A stretch of 64,000 nt of DNA. Origin: an archaeon (GTDB lineage: Archaea; Micrarchaeota; Micrarchaeia; Anstonellales; Anstonellaceae). The position numbers were made by a program, and so were the translations under genes. Positions 39,098 to 49,198 of the stretch are shown one piece after another. The notes beneath the pieces are model-generated. The model searched no databases. It was not told the DNA's origin and was given only the letters and a program-made list of their open reading frames with translations. How positions within the stretch are numbered: position 1 is the stretch's first letter; every line of letters begins with the position of its first letter. The stretch covers positions 2,317 through 66,316 of the forward strand of contig JAGVHI010000024.1 of the NCBI GenBank assembly GCA_020056635.1, in the 5' to 3' direction.

Positions 39098-40027
39098 ATG
39101 GAAAAACTGTATGACACTGTGATCATCGGCGGAGGGGTAGCGGGCTTTGGGGCTGCGATGTATGCTGCAAGGCTAGGGCTCAAAAGCCTCGTGATTTCAG
39201 AAATACGCGGGGGCACCATCATACTGACAGACATAGTGGAGAATTACCCGGGATTTAAGAAACTGACTGGATTGGAGCTTGCGGAGAAAATCGAGGAGCA
39301 TGCAAAGGAATATGGTATTGAAGTGATAGACGAGCGCGCAAGCAAGGTTGAAAAATCAGGGAATTGCTATTCGGTTACTGCAGCTGGAAAGGACTACAAA
39401 ACCAAGACAGTGATATTTGCAACCGGGACAAAATGGAAAAAATTGGGAGTGCCTGGGGAAGAGGAGTTCGCGAACAAGGGAGTGCATTACTGCGCATTGT
39501 GCGATGGCGCGTTTTACAAGGGGAAAGTGATCGGGGTAGTGGGAAGCGGGGATTCAGCAGTGAAGGAAGCATTGCTCCTATCCACGTTTGGGGCAAAGGT
39601 GTATATTTTCGCAAGGGGCGAGCGGCTCAAGCCCGAGCCAGTGAACCTTGAGCGGGCGAAAGCAAACCCAAAAATCGAAGTGGTGACCAAAATCAATGTA
39701 AAAGAGATAAGGGGGGAAAAGAAAGTCACGCATGTTGTGTTTGACCGGGAGTTAAACGGGAGCAAGGAATTGGCGCTTGATGCGCTTTTCATTGAGATTG
39801 GGCACATACCGCTCTCCGAGCTTGCAAAAGAGCTCGGGGTGGCATGCGACGAGCATGGAGAAATCAAGATTGACAGGCTTTCGAGAACAAATATGCCTGG
39901 AGTGTATGCTGCGGGGGATGTTGCGGATTCGGCTTTCAAGCAAGCGATTACGGGGGTTGCGGAAGGGGTGAATGCGGCTTATTCTGCTTACGAGTATGTG
40001 AACAAGAATACTGGAATCACTTGCTAA
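39098..40027 (+). CDS. trxB: Thioredoxin reductase
   Basis: GGG.AG..AA.Y..R, ENYPG, YCALCDG, GVYAAGD, KQAIT. Confidence 0.93.
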   Translation: MEKLYDTVIIGGGVAGFGAAMYAARLGLKSLVISEIRGGTIILTDIVENYPGFKKLTGLELAEKIEEHAKEYGIEVIDERASKVEKSGNCYSVTAAGKDYKTKTVIFATGTKWKKLGVPGEEEFANKGVHYCALCDGAFYKGKVIGVVGSGDSAVKEALLLSTFGAKVYIFARGERLKPEPVNLERAKANPKIEVVTKINVKEIRGEKKVTHVVFDRELNGSKELALDALFIEIGHIPLSELAKELGVACDEHGEIKIDRLSRTNMPGVYAAGDVADSAFKQAITGVAEGVNAAYSAYEYVNKNTGITC

Positions 40028-40830
40028 TTGCTGTTGCTTAGTCTTTGCAGCGCAGCTTCCATGTGGGAAACCAGCTGGACTTCCACATGCAGGTTGTGGA
40101 GCGATGCGTATTTTAGGACATTTTCTACAGCGAGCCCTGGAGTCACGCGTTTCCTGAAATTGGCATATCTCTCCGGGGCAGAGCCCGTCATATTTTCGTC
40201 CCCGTCTGCCTGTATCCTGATGCGGATTGTTATCTCGATCACAGGCTCGGAATCCCTGAGCATAAGGGTGAGCTTGATATATGAATGGTCAGGCGTTAGG
40301 CTCATGTATTCACGTTCCATGCGGTCTGGAGTGTAATGGTCGCGGATTGGGTAGTAATCCAGTTTGTCAGGGGTTATCAGGTTTTCTGCATTCATTCCGC
40401 GTGAGCCTATTGCAAGCGGGATTATGGTCAGCCTGACCTTGGTTTCACCGGTTTCCAGCATTTTTTTCACAAGGGCGTCAAGAGCCCTTGATTGCGGATT
40501 GTCAGATTTGATTTGGGATCCCCCATCACGTGTCCAAGAAGGTTCCGTTGCCCCGGACAGGCGGCCCCCAGCGAGGGGTATTGTAAATTCAATTGGGGGC
40601 GAATTTGGTTTTTCAAAAATTTTGCTCCCCGCCCAGTTGCCATTCCCGCCAGGCGCATCCTCAGATAGAGGCGGCAGTTCAAACTGCTTAGTTGGAGAAT
40701 TGCCTTGCCTATTCCCTTCTGAAAGGGATTGGTTTGGGGAAAAAGGAGTTTTGGGATTTGGAAGAGTGCCAGGTTGGTCTGGCCTGTTTGTTGGGGGAGT
40801 CACGGGTTTTCTTAGAAACGGGAATGTCAT
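40024..40830 (-). CDS. Hypothetical protein with Pro-rich disordered N-terminus
   Basis: 268-aa ORF; TATA-like TTATAAA upstream. Confidence 0.6.
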   Translation of the reverse strand: MTFPFLRKPVTPPTNRPDQPGTLPNPKTPFSPNQSLSEGNRQGNSPTKQFELPPLSEDAPGGNGNWAGSKIFEKPNSPPIEFTIPLAGGRLSGATEPSWTRDGGSQIKSDNPQSRALDALVKKMLETGETKVRLTIIPLAIGSRGMNAENLITPDKLDYYPIRDHYTPDRMEREYMSLTPDHSYIKLTLMLRDSEPVIEITIRIRIQADGDENMTGSAPERYANFRKRVTPGLAVENVLKYASLHNLHVEVQLVSHMEAALQRLSNSN

Positions 40831-40947
40831 AGTATTTCGCTTCCAAACACTTTACGCAATTGAAGTTTATAATTGATTCTGAATTTTGGCGCAATTTGGG
40901 AAAAGATTGGGAAAGTATTAATTAAGGGAGTTTTTCGAACGGATTGC

Positions 40948-41646
40948 ATGGAGCTTATCAATTGCACTCTAGAGCAGGTGCTCGAGGAAAGCCCGACAGT
41001 GCGCACTTATCGGCTAAAGCCGCAGGGCGGGAGGAAAATTGAGTTTAGGCCGGGCCAGTTTGCACAATTGCACCAGCTAAGGGAGGATGGGAGCTCTGCA
41101 GGGTTCCGTGTATATTCCATATCTTCTGCTCCGGGCGAGGAGGAACTATGCTTTACAGTAAGGATCAATGGCAGGTTCTCAAGCGAACTTGCGAAGCTTG
41201 GTATAGGCGCACAGCTTGCGGTTTCGCCACCTCTTGGGAATTTTGTGCTGCAGGAGGGGCTGGGAGACGTGGTGCTGATAGCCGGCGGGGTGGGGTGCAC
41301 CCCTTTTCGGTCCATGATAAGGCATGCAATGCGAAGCGGGTATGCAGGGAAAATTACGCTGCTGCACATGAACAAGTCAAAGAAGGAAATTATTTACAGG
41401 GAGGAGTTTAGGGCGCTTGCTTCCGAGTTCCAAAACTTCTGCGCAATCCACTTCCTTACGCAGGAGCCAGAGGGAGGGTATGAGAGCGGAAGGCTGGATG
41501 AGGGAAGGCTCAAGGAACACGTCCCAAATTATCTTGAGTGCACCTATTTCCTGTGCGGCCCGCCTGCAATGGTCATTGGAACGAAAGCAATGCTTGCGGG
41601 GCTTGGGGTGGGCAAGGATAGGATTAAATTGGAAGCATGGAGTTAG
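40948..41646 (+). CDS. FAD/NAD(P)-binding oxidoreductase (ferredoxin-NADP+ reductase family)
   Basis: F.PGQF, RVYSISS, G.FS..L, IAGGVG.TPF.SM, LCGPP.M. Confidence 0.9.
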   Translation: MELINCTLEQVLEESPTVRTYRLKPQGGRKIEFRPGQFAQLHQLREDGSSAGFRVYSISSAPGEEELCFTVRINGRFSSELAKLGIGAQLAVSPPLGNFVLQEGLGDVVLIAGGVGCTPFRSMIRHAMRSGYAGKITLLHMNKSKKEIIYREEFRALASEFQNFCAIHFLTQEPEGGYESGRLDEGRLKEHVPNYLECTYFLCGPPAMVIGTKAMLAGLGVGKDRIKLEAWS

Positions 41647-41652
41647 TGTTGC

Positions 41653-42486
41653 ATGGAAAAGCTGCTTTTCGGGACTGCGGGAATTCCCCTTTCCACCGAG
41701 CCTAGGGACACGCTTAATGGAATTGCGCAGGTAAGGAAATTAGGATTGGATGCGATGGAACTGGAGTTTGTGCAGAACGTGAATGTGAGTGCGGAGAAAG
41801 CGCCATCAGTAAGGAAGGCAGCCGAATCAAACAGCGTCATTCTCACTGCGCATGGCTCATATTATATCAACCTGAATTCACCTGAAAAAGAAAAATGGCA
41901 TGCGAGCGTAACTAGAATTGTGCAAGCAGGGGAGAGGCTGGACTCGTGCGGCGGGTATTCATTGGTGTTCCACCCTGCGTTCTACCTGAAAGCGAGTAAG
42001 GAAGAGGCATATAAGAATGTGAAGAAAGGGGTTGAGCTTGCAATTGAAGAGCTTGAGAAAAAGGGCGCTAGGAAAATTTGGGTTCGGCCTGAAACCATGG
42101 GGCGGGAGAGCCAGTTTGGAACGCTTGAAGAGAATTTGAAATTATCGCAGGAAGTGGCGAGGGTATTGCCTTGCATAGATTTCTCCCATCTTCACGCACG
42201 CTACAAAGGCAAGTATAATACATACCCTGAATTCCGCTCGCAGCTTGAGCTTGTGGAGAAGATGAAAGGGAAGGAAGGGCTGAAGAACATGCACATTCAC
42301 CTTTCAGGAATAAATTATGGGGAGAAGGGGGAGAAAAACCACCTTATCCTGAAGGAATCGGACATGAATTACAAGGATTTGCTGCGTGCGCTAAAGGAGT
42401 TTGAGTGCGCAGGGATTGTGATTTGCGAGAGCCCGAATATAGAGGAGGACGCACTGCTTTTGCAGAAAACGTATAGAGAATTGTAA
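41653..42486 (+). CDS. nfo: Endonuclease IV (AP endonuclease family 2)
   Basis: H.SYYINL, VFH, PETMG..SQFG, DFSHLHA, HIHLSGI.Y..KGE..H, ESP..E.DA. Confidence 0.9.
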   Translation: MEKLLFGTAGIPLSTEPRDTLNGIAQVRKLGLDAMELEFVQNVNVSAEKAPSVRKAAESNSVILTAHGSYYINLNSPEKEKWHASVTRIVQAGERLDSCGGYSLVFHPAFYLKASKEEAYKNVKKGVELAIEELEKKGARKIWVRPETMGRESQFGTLEENLKLSQEVARVLPCIDFSHLHARYKGKYNTYPEFRSQLELVEKMKGKEGLKNMHIHLSGINYGEKGEKNHLILKESDMNYKDLLRALKEFECAGIVICESPNIEEDALLLQKTYREL

Positions 42487-42504
42487 AAAGAAAAAAGACG
42501 GGCT

Positions 42505-42942
42505 TCAAACAGTTTCTGGCGGGAGCTGCATCCCGAAATGAAGCCCTATATCCTTGAGATTCTCAGTTGTTTCGATTAGCGCCTTTCTGCCGAAGTTCCT
42601 GAAACGCAGCATATCAGGCTCTGTTTTCCGCACGAGATCGCCAATCGTCCTAATTCGGGCTTCCTTGAGGCAGTTGGCTGTCCGCACAGTCCACTCGAGC
42701 GCCTCAATTGGAGCCCTGAGCTTTTCCTCCAGCGAAGTGTCTGCCCCAATGGCATGTGGTTTGGCGAACTGAGGCACCAGAATTGTGCCTTTAGCAATTC
42801 CATTATCCAAATCACGCAACCCTTCCGGACCTATTTTCCTTGCCATCCAGAGCATAATAGCCCTAGCCCGTCCATCCGGCACGGTATCGATCGCAGTTCT
42901 TAGATTGGCCAGCGGCCTTGCATTCCCGTTCATTTTTTTCAT
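42505..42942 (-). CDS. Protein carrying a bacterial RNA polymerase alpha-subunit C-terminal domain (no alpha-NTD)
   Basis: PIEALEWTVRTANCLKEARIRTIGDLVRKTEPDMLRFRNFGRKALIE....L..IGL.FGM closely follows the RpoA CTD. Confidence 0.85.
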   Translation of the reverse strand: MKKMNGNARPLANLRTAIDTVPDGRARAIMLWMARKIGPEGLRDLDNGIAKGTILVPQFAKPHAIGADTSLEEKLRAPIEALEWTVRTANCLKEARIRTIGDLVRKTEPDMLRFRNFGRKALIETTENLKDIGLHFGMQLPPETV

Positions 42943-42956
42943 ATTTTTCACCTCGT

Positions 42957-44009
42957 TTAGTACAATCCCAATTCCACCTTCGGAATTCCCCGCTTGCGCA
43001 TGAGCTTTAATAGCAAATCCGGCTCCTTGCAAAGCTCGCGCAGAACACCAAGCGCATTCTCCTGCACTGCCTCATCCCCCTCCCGGACTGCATCGTGGTA
43101 GAGGTAAGCTGCAAGCGCAGCCAAGTCATTCGCGCCTGTAAAAATGCAGGAGGTGTTTTCCGCAAGCCATGATAGCGGGTTTGGGGCGGCCTCAAGCCCC
43201 TCGCGCATCCGCCCTAATTCTATTGCCGCTTGCTTCCTTGCGGCATCGAAATAGGCATCGTTCCTTGGAAGGTTTTTTTCCCCTGCCGTAAATTCGTAGA
43301 GGAAATTCCAGAATATTGGAATCCCCCGCCCGCCATCGCGCCCCAGCTCTTCCGCGAACTCTCGTGCGCACTCAAGGTTCCCTTCGCGCCCGATTTCCCA
43401 TTCAAGCGGAAACGTGATAGTGCCGGTTGCGGCAAACTCCAGATCGTTGCCAACGAAAATGCGCATGATTTTCGCATGGAAAGTGGAGCACGCTATGATT
43501 GCGTCCATGTCAATCGCCCGGAAAGCCTCTGGCCAGAGTGCCGGGTAAACCGGGTCCTTCTCAAGATGCATAGTAACATGGTCCGGCTCCCATCCAAGAT
43601 TCCGCAGGTCCGCGATGTTGCAGTGCTCCAAATGCCTCCGCCCGGATACCAGTTCGACCAGGAGGCGCTCGCCTGCGAAGCGGAGGTAAGGATTTTCCTC
43701 AAGCGCCATTTCTTTGATTGCATTGAGCGCCCCCTCATATTGGGTGCCCCCGAGCTTGCGCGTAAGCCGTTCAACGAATTCCCGAATCCCGGCAGGCACT
43801 TTTCGCTCTCCGGTAATGACCCCGCACATGCGCTCGTGCTCCGTGCAAAGGATGCGCGCCCGCTCTGCAGCATCCACCATCGCAAGTGAGTGGTTGCGCC
43901 GCATAATTTCGGCAGTTTTGGGCTCCACGCCAAGCCATTGCACGTCCCTCCATGGGGTATTGCGCGCGGTTTTCTGCGTTTCCCCGTTGCCATTGATGTT
44001 TTGCTGCAT
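42957..44009 (-). CDS. Hypothetical helical protein
   Basis: About 350-aa ORF tightly coupled to its neighbours; GGGGTGAGG upstream of the ATG. Confidence 0.7.
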   Translation of the reverse strand: MQQNINGNGETQKTARNTPWRDVQWLGVEPKTAEIMRRNHSLAMVDAAERARILCTEHERMCGVITGERKVPAGIREFVERLTRKLGGTQYEGALNAIKEMALEENPYLRFAGERLLVELVSGRRHLEHCNIADLRNLGWEPDHVTMHLEKDPVYPALWPEAFRAIDMDAIIACSTFHAKIMRIFVGNDLEFAATGTITFPLEWEIGREGNLECAREFAEELGRDGGRGIPIFWNFLYEFTAGEKNLPRNDAYFDAARKQAAIELGRMREGLEAAPNPLSWLAENTSCIFTGANDLAALAAYLYHDAVREGDEAVQENALGVLRELCKEPDLLLKLMRKRGIPKVELGLY

Positions 44010-44013
44010 GCCC

Positions 44014-45090
44014 TCACCCCCCAACTGCAATCTTAATCTCGTCTATTCCAGCTTCCCTGGCCAGCGGCACGTAATACTGCCCCCATTTCCTGCCGTTCTC
44101 CAGTATTTCCACAATCCCGCCCGGAGCAAGCCTGACATTGCCCATTATGCGGCCGCTCTCCAGCCCGGGCTGCACGTTCCCGAAAACATCAAGATGGAAT
44201 GCGGCCATGCGCTTGTCCGTTTCTGCGTAAGCAAGCGCGGGCATTCCCTGCGCAAATCCCCAAGTGAGCCCGAATTCCTGCTCGTCAATTCCGCGGAGGG
44301 TTGCAAATATCTCGTCTACGCGCCCTTCTTGAATTACAAAATTCCCGTTGAGCTTCGCCCCCCTGCCTATGGGCGCAAGCCTCTCGAAATACGGGACAAT
44401 GCCAAGCATCCTTGCGAACCGGAGCAGGGTTGGAAGCTCTGTTTCGTTCGGCTTTGCAATTATCACATCAATCCCAAGGTTCGGCCCGCGCATCCCGGCA
44501 TCGAGCAAATTCATCAGCCCCTCGCGCGCGTTTTTCCATGCGCCCCTCACCCCCACGAGCGTATCGTGCGCCTGCGGCTCAAGCGCGTAGAGTTTTGTGA
44601 TTACAGTTGTGCACACGCCTGCAAGCCATTTTGCTATTTCCTTATTCACCAGAGTTCCGTTCGTGAAAAGCACGAACTGCAGCCCTTCGCCCCTCACGAA
44701 TTGGGCAAGCTCCCAGAGGTTCGCATCCAGCAATGGCTCGCCCCGTCCCGCCACTGCAACGGTTTCAATTCCAGCTTCCTTTCCTGCCAGAATCGCGCCC
44801 TTCCACTCTGCAATCCTGTTCATTGCGCATGCGCAATCTTTTTTCTCAACAAATGTTGCATCCGGATAGCAGGGAGGGCAGCGCAAGTTGCACGCGTCCT
44901 TTGTTTCAAGGAATAGCATTTTGAATTGCGGAGGCGTGCCATTCGCAGTTTTCTTGGCATTTTGGCGCAGGTTCTCCACGCACACTTCGCGCGTGAAGAA
45001 ATACCCTGCAAGGGTTGGCGCCTGCCGAAGCCCAGTGGCTGCAGCGCGCTGCGCGTTAGTCTCAACAATCCGTATTGCCTTGTGTTCCAT
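44014..45090 (-). CDS. Radical SAM protein (SPASM/twitch-like fold lacking auxiliary Cys)
   Basis: CNLRCPPC (CX3CX2C), GRGEPLL, FTNGTL, HD.L.G..G, P.GRG, D..GNVQP. Confidence 0.85.
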   Translation of the reverse strand: MEHKAIRIVETNAQRAAATGLRQAPTLAGYFFTREVCVENLRQNAKKTANGTPPQFKMLFLETKDACNLRCPPCYPDATFVEKKDCACAMNRIAEWKGAILAGKEAGIETVAVAGRGEPLLDANLWELAQFVRGEGLQFVLFTNGTLVNKEIAKWLAGVCTTVITKLYALEPQAHDTLVGVRGAWKNAREGLMNLLDAGMRGPNLGIDVIIAKPNETELPTLLRFARMLGIVPYFERLAPIGRGAKLNGNFVIQEGRVDEIFATLRGIDEQEFGLTWGFAQGMPALAYAETDKRMAAFHLDVFGNVQPGLESGRIMGNVRLAPGGIVEILENGRKWGQYYVPLAREAGIDEIKIAVGG

Positions 45091-45238
45091 TTTCGCTCAC
45101 CATTCAACCTAAACCATGCAGGCAAACCTTCCGCAAGAGTTTTATTTAAAATTTAATCCGAAAAAAGCGAATAGATGCTCAAAAATAGATTAGATTTATA
45201 TAGATTTTGGAATATATATTCCATTATTGGTGATTCCT

Positions 45239-45682
45239 ATGGATGAACTGCCCGATGAGAAGGATTTTGCGGTAATTGAGGAGCTGAAGAAGAACTCACA
45301 CCTCTCTGAGCAGAAGCTTGCTAAAAAAACCGGAATCCCCATGACAACTGTGCATAACAGGGTGAGGAAGCTGCGGGAAGCTGGAATAATCGAGGCATAT
45401 ACCATAAGGCTCAATTACGCGAAAATCGGAAGGCCAGTGGTTGCATATGTGCAGCTCAAGTGCGTACAGGGGGCTGACCAGAGGGACCTGCTGCTCCAGA
45501 TTGCTAAAATACCGCACGTGCAGGAGGCGGCGATGGTCACGGGGGAGTTTGACTTGATATTCAAGGCAAGGGTCGAGTCCATGGAAGAGTTGAATAAAAT
45601 AGTGGTGCAAGGGTTGAGGAAGCAGAAGAACGTGGGTGAGACGAGGACGATGATAAGCTACGAAACAATTGAGAAACTGTGA
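45239..45682 (+). CDS. Lrp/AsnC family transcriptional regulator
   Basis: DEKD..I.EL..NS, TTVHNRV.KL...GII..Y, VTGEFD. Confidence 0.92.
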   Translation: MDELPDEKDFAVIEELKKNSHLSEQKLAKKTGIPMTTVHNRVRKLREAGIIEAYTIRLNYAKIGRPVVAYVQLKCVQGADQRDLLLQIAKIPHVQEAAMVTGEFDLIFKARVESMEELNKIVVQGLRKQKNVGETRTMISYETIEKL

Positions 45683-45710
45683 GAGGAAGGCTGCCGCCCC
45701 GTTGCACCGA

Positions 45711-45728
45711 GAAAGAAAGCTTTATAAA
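45711..45728 (+). promoter_or_regulatory. Archaeal BRE/TATA promoter of the tuf-rpsJ operon
   Basis: Purine-rich GAAAGAAAGC followed by TTTATAAA. Confidence 0.55.
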
Positions 45729-45806
45729 ATAAATCAGCCAAAGTATGGTGCTGCTTAACGCTTTAGTTAAGTGTTGCTTAGCTTGTATATTGGGGGGTGT
45801 GTTGCA

Positions 45807-47078
45807 ATGGCAGAAAAAGAGCATTTGAACCTTATCTTCATCGGTCACGTAGACCATGGCAAATCAACTACCGTAGGGCGCATCCTTTACGAGACTGGGG
45901 CGCTCACTGAGCAGCAGCTTCGGAAACTGAAAGAGGAAGCTGAGAAGGTCGGGAAGGCAACTTTTGAGTTCGCTTTCACAATGGATACCCTCAAAGAGGA
46001 GAGGGAGCGCGGAGTTACCATTGACCTGTCGCACAAGGAGTTCCAAACCCAGAAGTACTACTTTACCATCATTGATGCGCCTGGGCACAGGGACTTCGTG
46101 AAGAACATGATTACAGGCGCATCGCAGGCAGACGCGGCGGTGCTCGTGTGCTCTGCAAAGGAAGGGGTGCAGCCGCAGACAAAGGAGCATGCGTTCCTTG
46201 CAAAGGTGCTTGGAATTTCCCAGCTAATTGTTGCAGTGAACAAGATGGATGCAGTGAACTATGACCATTTGAAGTTTGATGAGACAAAGATGCAATTGAC
46301 CACGCTGCTCAAGAACATTGGGTACAAGGTGGAGAACATCCCGTTCATCCCGATTTCAGGTTGGGCTGGCACGAACCTTGCAAAGAAACCGACTGAGATG
46401 AGCTGGTATTCGGGTCCGACGCTGCTTGAGGCGTTTGACAAGCTGACAGTGCCGGCGAAACCGACAGACAAGGCACTCCGGCTGCCTATCCAGGATGTGT
46501 TCACCATTACTGGGCACGGCACAGTGCCAGTGGGCAGGGTTGAGACTGGGATTATGAAAATCAACCAGAGCGTGGTTTTCATGCCCTCGGGTGCGAAGGG
46601 AGAGGTAAAGAGGATTGAGATGCACCACCAGGAGCTGCAGCAGGCTGTTCCGGGAGACAATGTAGGGTTCAACGTGAAGAACGTGGATAAGAAGGATGTG
46701 AAGAGGGGAGAAGTGGTCGGGCCTGTGGACAAGCCGCCAACAGTGGCTGCAGAGTTCACTGCGCAGATTGTGGTGCTCGAGCACCCGACTGCAATCGGAA
46801 AGGGCTACACCCCAGTGTTCCATATACACACTGCACAGGTTGCGTGCACAATCACAGAAATAGTAGAAAAGAAGGACCCGAAGACTGGCGCAACGCAGCA
46901 GAAGAACCCGGACTTCATCAAGACGGGCGATGTTGCGATTGTGAAAGTGAAGCCATTGAAAGCTGTGGTGATTGAGAAGTTCTCGGAGTTCCCGCCATTG
47001 GGCAGGTTCGCAATCCGGGACATGGGGCAGACCGTCGCAGCGGGCGTAGTGCTCGAGGTCGTGCCCAAGACGGCGTAA
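45807..47078 (+). CDS. tuf: Elongation factor 1-alpha
   Basis: [54 protein letters not shown]. Confidence 0.99.
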   Translation: MAEKEHLNLIFIGHVDHGKSTTVGRILYETGALTEQQLRKLKEEAEKVGKATFEFAFTMDTLKEERERGVTIDLSHKEFQTQKYYFTIIDAPGHRDFVKNMITGASQADAAVLVCSAKEGVQPQTKEHAFLAKVLGISQLIVAVNKMDAVNYDHLKFDETKMQLTTLLKNIGYKVENIPFIPISGWAGTNLAKKPTEMSWYSGPTLLEAFDKLTVPAKPTDKALRLPIQDVFTITGHGTVPVGRVETGIMKINQSVVFMPSGAKGEVKRIEMHHQELQQAVPGDNVGFNVKNVDKKDVKRGEVVGPVDKPPTVAAEFTAQIVVLEHPTAIGKGYTPVFHIHTAQVACTITEIVEKKDPKTGATQQKNPDFIKTGDVAIVKVKPLKAVVIEKFSEFPPLGRFAIRDMGQTVAAGVVLEVVPKTA

Positions 47079-47151
47079 ATTGCTTGGATTTGTTTATGGA
47101 TTTGAAAACTGAAGGATTTGCATCGCGGATGCAAACCGAGTGGTTGGTTGG

Positions 47152-47457
47152 ATGGGAAAAGCGAGAATAAGACTAATCGGGAAAGACGCTGCGGAGCTCG
47201 ATGGCATCTGCAAGCAGATTGTGGAGATCGCCAAGAGCACCGGAGTGGAAGTGAAAGGCCCGATTCCCCTTCCAACAAGGAGGTTGAAAATTGCAACCCG
47301 GAGGACCCCGTGCGGGGACGGGTCGGACACCTATGAGCACTGGGAAATGAGAATACATAAGAGATTGATTGATGTTGCGGGAGATGCCCGAACCCTGCGC
47401 CAAATCATGCGCGTGAAAGTGCCTGATACGGTGCAAGTGAAGATTTCGCTTGAGTGA
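47152..47457 (+). CDS. rpsJ: 30S ribosomal protein S10
   Basis: KARIRL, GPIPLPT, R.TP.G.G..TYE.WEMRIHKRLID. Confidence 0.97.
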   Translation: MGKARIRLIGKDAAELDGICKQIVEIAKSTGVEVKGPIPLPTRRLKIATRRTPCGDGSDTYEHWEMRIHKRLIDVAGDARTLRQIMRVKVPDTVQVKISLE

Positions 47458-47508
47458 AGAGCTTCTTTTGAAAGGCTGTTTTTAAGAATTGGCTGCCTAG
47501 CTTAGTCT

Positions 47509-49095
47509 ATGGGCTCGCCTATCTACGACATTTTGAACAAGGCATGGAAATCGACTGCGCGAGTTTTATTTGGGGACGAGCTTGGGGAACTGGAAGATTA
47601 TGAGGACTGGCTGCTTTCCGGAATGCGCAAGCTCCGGTTTGAGAAATCTGCTTTATCGGGCAAGGAGGTAAGCCTTGCAATGCCTGAATATACCCCTAAT
47701 GCCCGCTTTTTGAGCTTTGATGAGATGGATTTCGGCAAGAAATTCGAGCCGCTTGGAATAAACGAAGTGAAGGATATTGATTCTGTTCTCGAGGCAATTT
47801 CAGAGCGCGTTTATTATACCGGCAACATAGTGCTGGGAGAATCGAAATATGTGGAGCGGAGCAGCAACATAGTGGACAGCCATTTCGTTTACTGTTCGAA
47901 CGTTGTTTCGGATTCGAAGTATATCGCATATTCAAGGGAAGCAAGGCTTTGTGAATACTGCTTTGGGTTCTTTGTTGGGGGGGAGTGCAGCTACACCGTG
48001 AAGTGCTGGGGGGGCAAAATGAAAAGGTGCTTTGAGTGCTACCATTCTGAGAGCAATTCTGATTCCTACTATTGCTTGGGGATACAAAACTGCCGCGACT
48101 GCATGTTCTGCTTCGGGCTGCAGAATGGCTCTTATGCAATAGGGAATCTGGCGCTGCCAGCGGAGAGATACAAGGGCATAAAACAGAAGCTGCTGTCGGA
48201 ACTTGTAGAAAAATTGAAGAAGGAGAAGAGCATATTCTCCCTATTGGATATCGTTGAGCAGGCAAAGGAGCACGAGGAGAGCAGCCTGCACCTGCCCCTT
48301 CCGCCCCAAAAACAGTTCAAAAAAGAAGTAGTGGAGGGGGCTTTTTCCCGCACAAGCGGCATTTTGCTTGGGAAAAGCCTGAGTGGGATTGACAGTTATG
48401 CCGGTTTCCTGCAAAAGCACGTGCCAAAGAACGTGATACTGAAATCCCCTCTGAGCGGGAAGAGGGTTTTGGTGGCAGGCTTCCGCTCATATGTGTTGGA
48501 CATGTTTGGGGTTGAGGGGCGGACAGTGGATATGGAAGAGCTTTGGGAAATCGGAAAGACGCATGTCGGGGAAAAAGAAGCATTATCCCTGAAAATGGAT
48601 GAGGGATATTTGGCAAAAGCATTGTCTCCGGTTGCTTACATCGCATTTGATGTGGGATATGGGAACATATCAAACATTGCAGATGCGGCTGTTGCAATAA
48701 ACTGCCAGGATTGCTATAATGGGTCTGCATTCGTAAATGCCAAAAAATGCGCCTATTGCTACTGGCCCCGCGAGTCTGAGCATATCTTCGGCTCTTCTGT
48801 AACCTGGATGTCTGCATTTTGCATGAAATGCTATTATTCGAAGAGGCTTACGCGCGCTTTCGAGTGCGATGCATGCGACAGCTGCTCTGACATTTACTTT
48901 TCGCACAACTGCGAGAATGTGAGGGATTCGATGTTCTGCTTCAATGTGAAGAACCTGAACTATGCTATAGGGAATGCGGCGCTTGCACCAGACAAGTACA
49001 AGCAGGTAAAGGCTAAACTGCTTGAGCAGGTTGCAGGCGAGCTTGAGAAGAAGAAGGACCTGAAATGGGATATATTTAAACTCTCGGAGAAATAA
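47509..49095 (+). CDS. Cys-rich repeat protein (two internal modules), paralog 1
   Basis: AW..T.RVLFG.E.GEL, IKDIDS, dense C/S-x-Y/F-C repeats, HNCENV..SMFCFNVKN..Y.IGN. Confidence 0.85.
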   Translation: MGSPIYDILNKAWKSTARVLFGDELGELEDYEDWLLSGMRKLRFEKSALSGKEVSLAMPEYTPNARFLSFDEMDFGKKFEPLGINEVKDIDSVLEAISERVYYTGNIVLGESKYVERSSNIVDSHFVYCSNVVSDSKYIAYSREARLCEYCFGFFVGGECSYTVKCWGGKMKRCFECYHSESNSDSYYCLGIQNCRDCMFCFGLQNGSYAIGNLALPAERYKGIKQKLLSELVEKLKKEKSIFSLLDIVEQAKEHEESSLHLPLPPQKQFKKEVVEGAFSRTSGILLGKSLSGIDSYAGFLQKHVPKNVILKSPLSGKRVLVAGFRSYVLDMFGVEGRTVDMEELWEIGKTHVGEKEALSLKMDEGYLAKALSPVAYIAFDVGYGNISNIADAAVAINCQDCYNGSAFVNAKKCAYCYWPRESEHIFGSSVTWMSAFCMKCYYSKRLTRAFECDACDSCSDIYFSHNCENVRDSMFCFNVKNLNYAIGNAALAPDKYKQVKAKLLEQVAGELEKKKDLKWDIFKLSEK

Positions 49096-49109
49096 TTTAC
49101 TTGCACATT

Positions 49110-49193
49110 GCCGAGGTGGCAGAATCTGGTATCGCGCTAGACTTGAGATCTAGTGCCCTTCGGGGCTTAGGAGTTCAAATCTCCTCCTCGGCG
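49110..49193 (+). tRNA. tRNA-Ser(TGA), intronless
   Basis: Acceptor GCCGAGG/CCTCGGC+G, CTAGA-CTTGAGA-TCTAG, long variable arm GCCC-TTCG-GGGC, AGGAG-TTCAAAT-CTCCT. Confidence 0.92.
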
Positions 49194-49198
49194 TTCGC

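Noticed and set aside
43714..44916. 400-aa plus-strand ORF and other long antisense ORFs (26565-27431, 57981-59093, 30840-31871, 25789-26604)
   Set aside because: Shadow frames opposite well-supported genes, with unnatural composition and no motifs
49110..49193. tRNA-Sec or tRNA-Leu
   Set aside because: The stem register gives anticodon TGA (reads UCA, Ser), with a 7-bp acceptor and G73; it is neither TCA nor GAG
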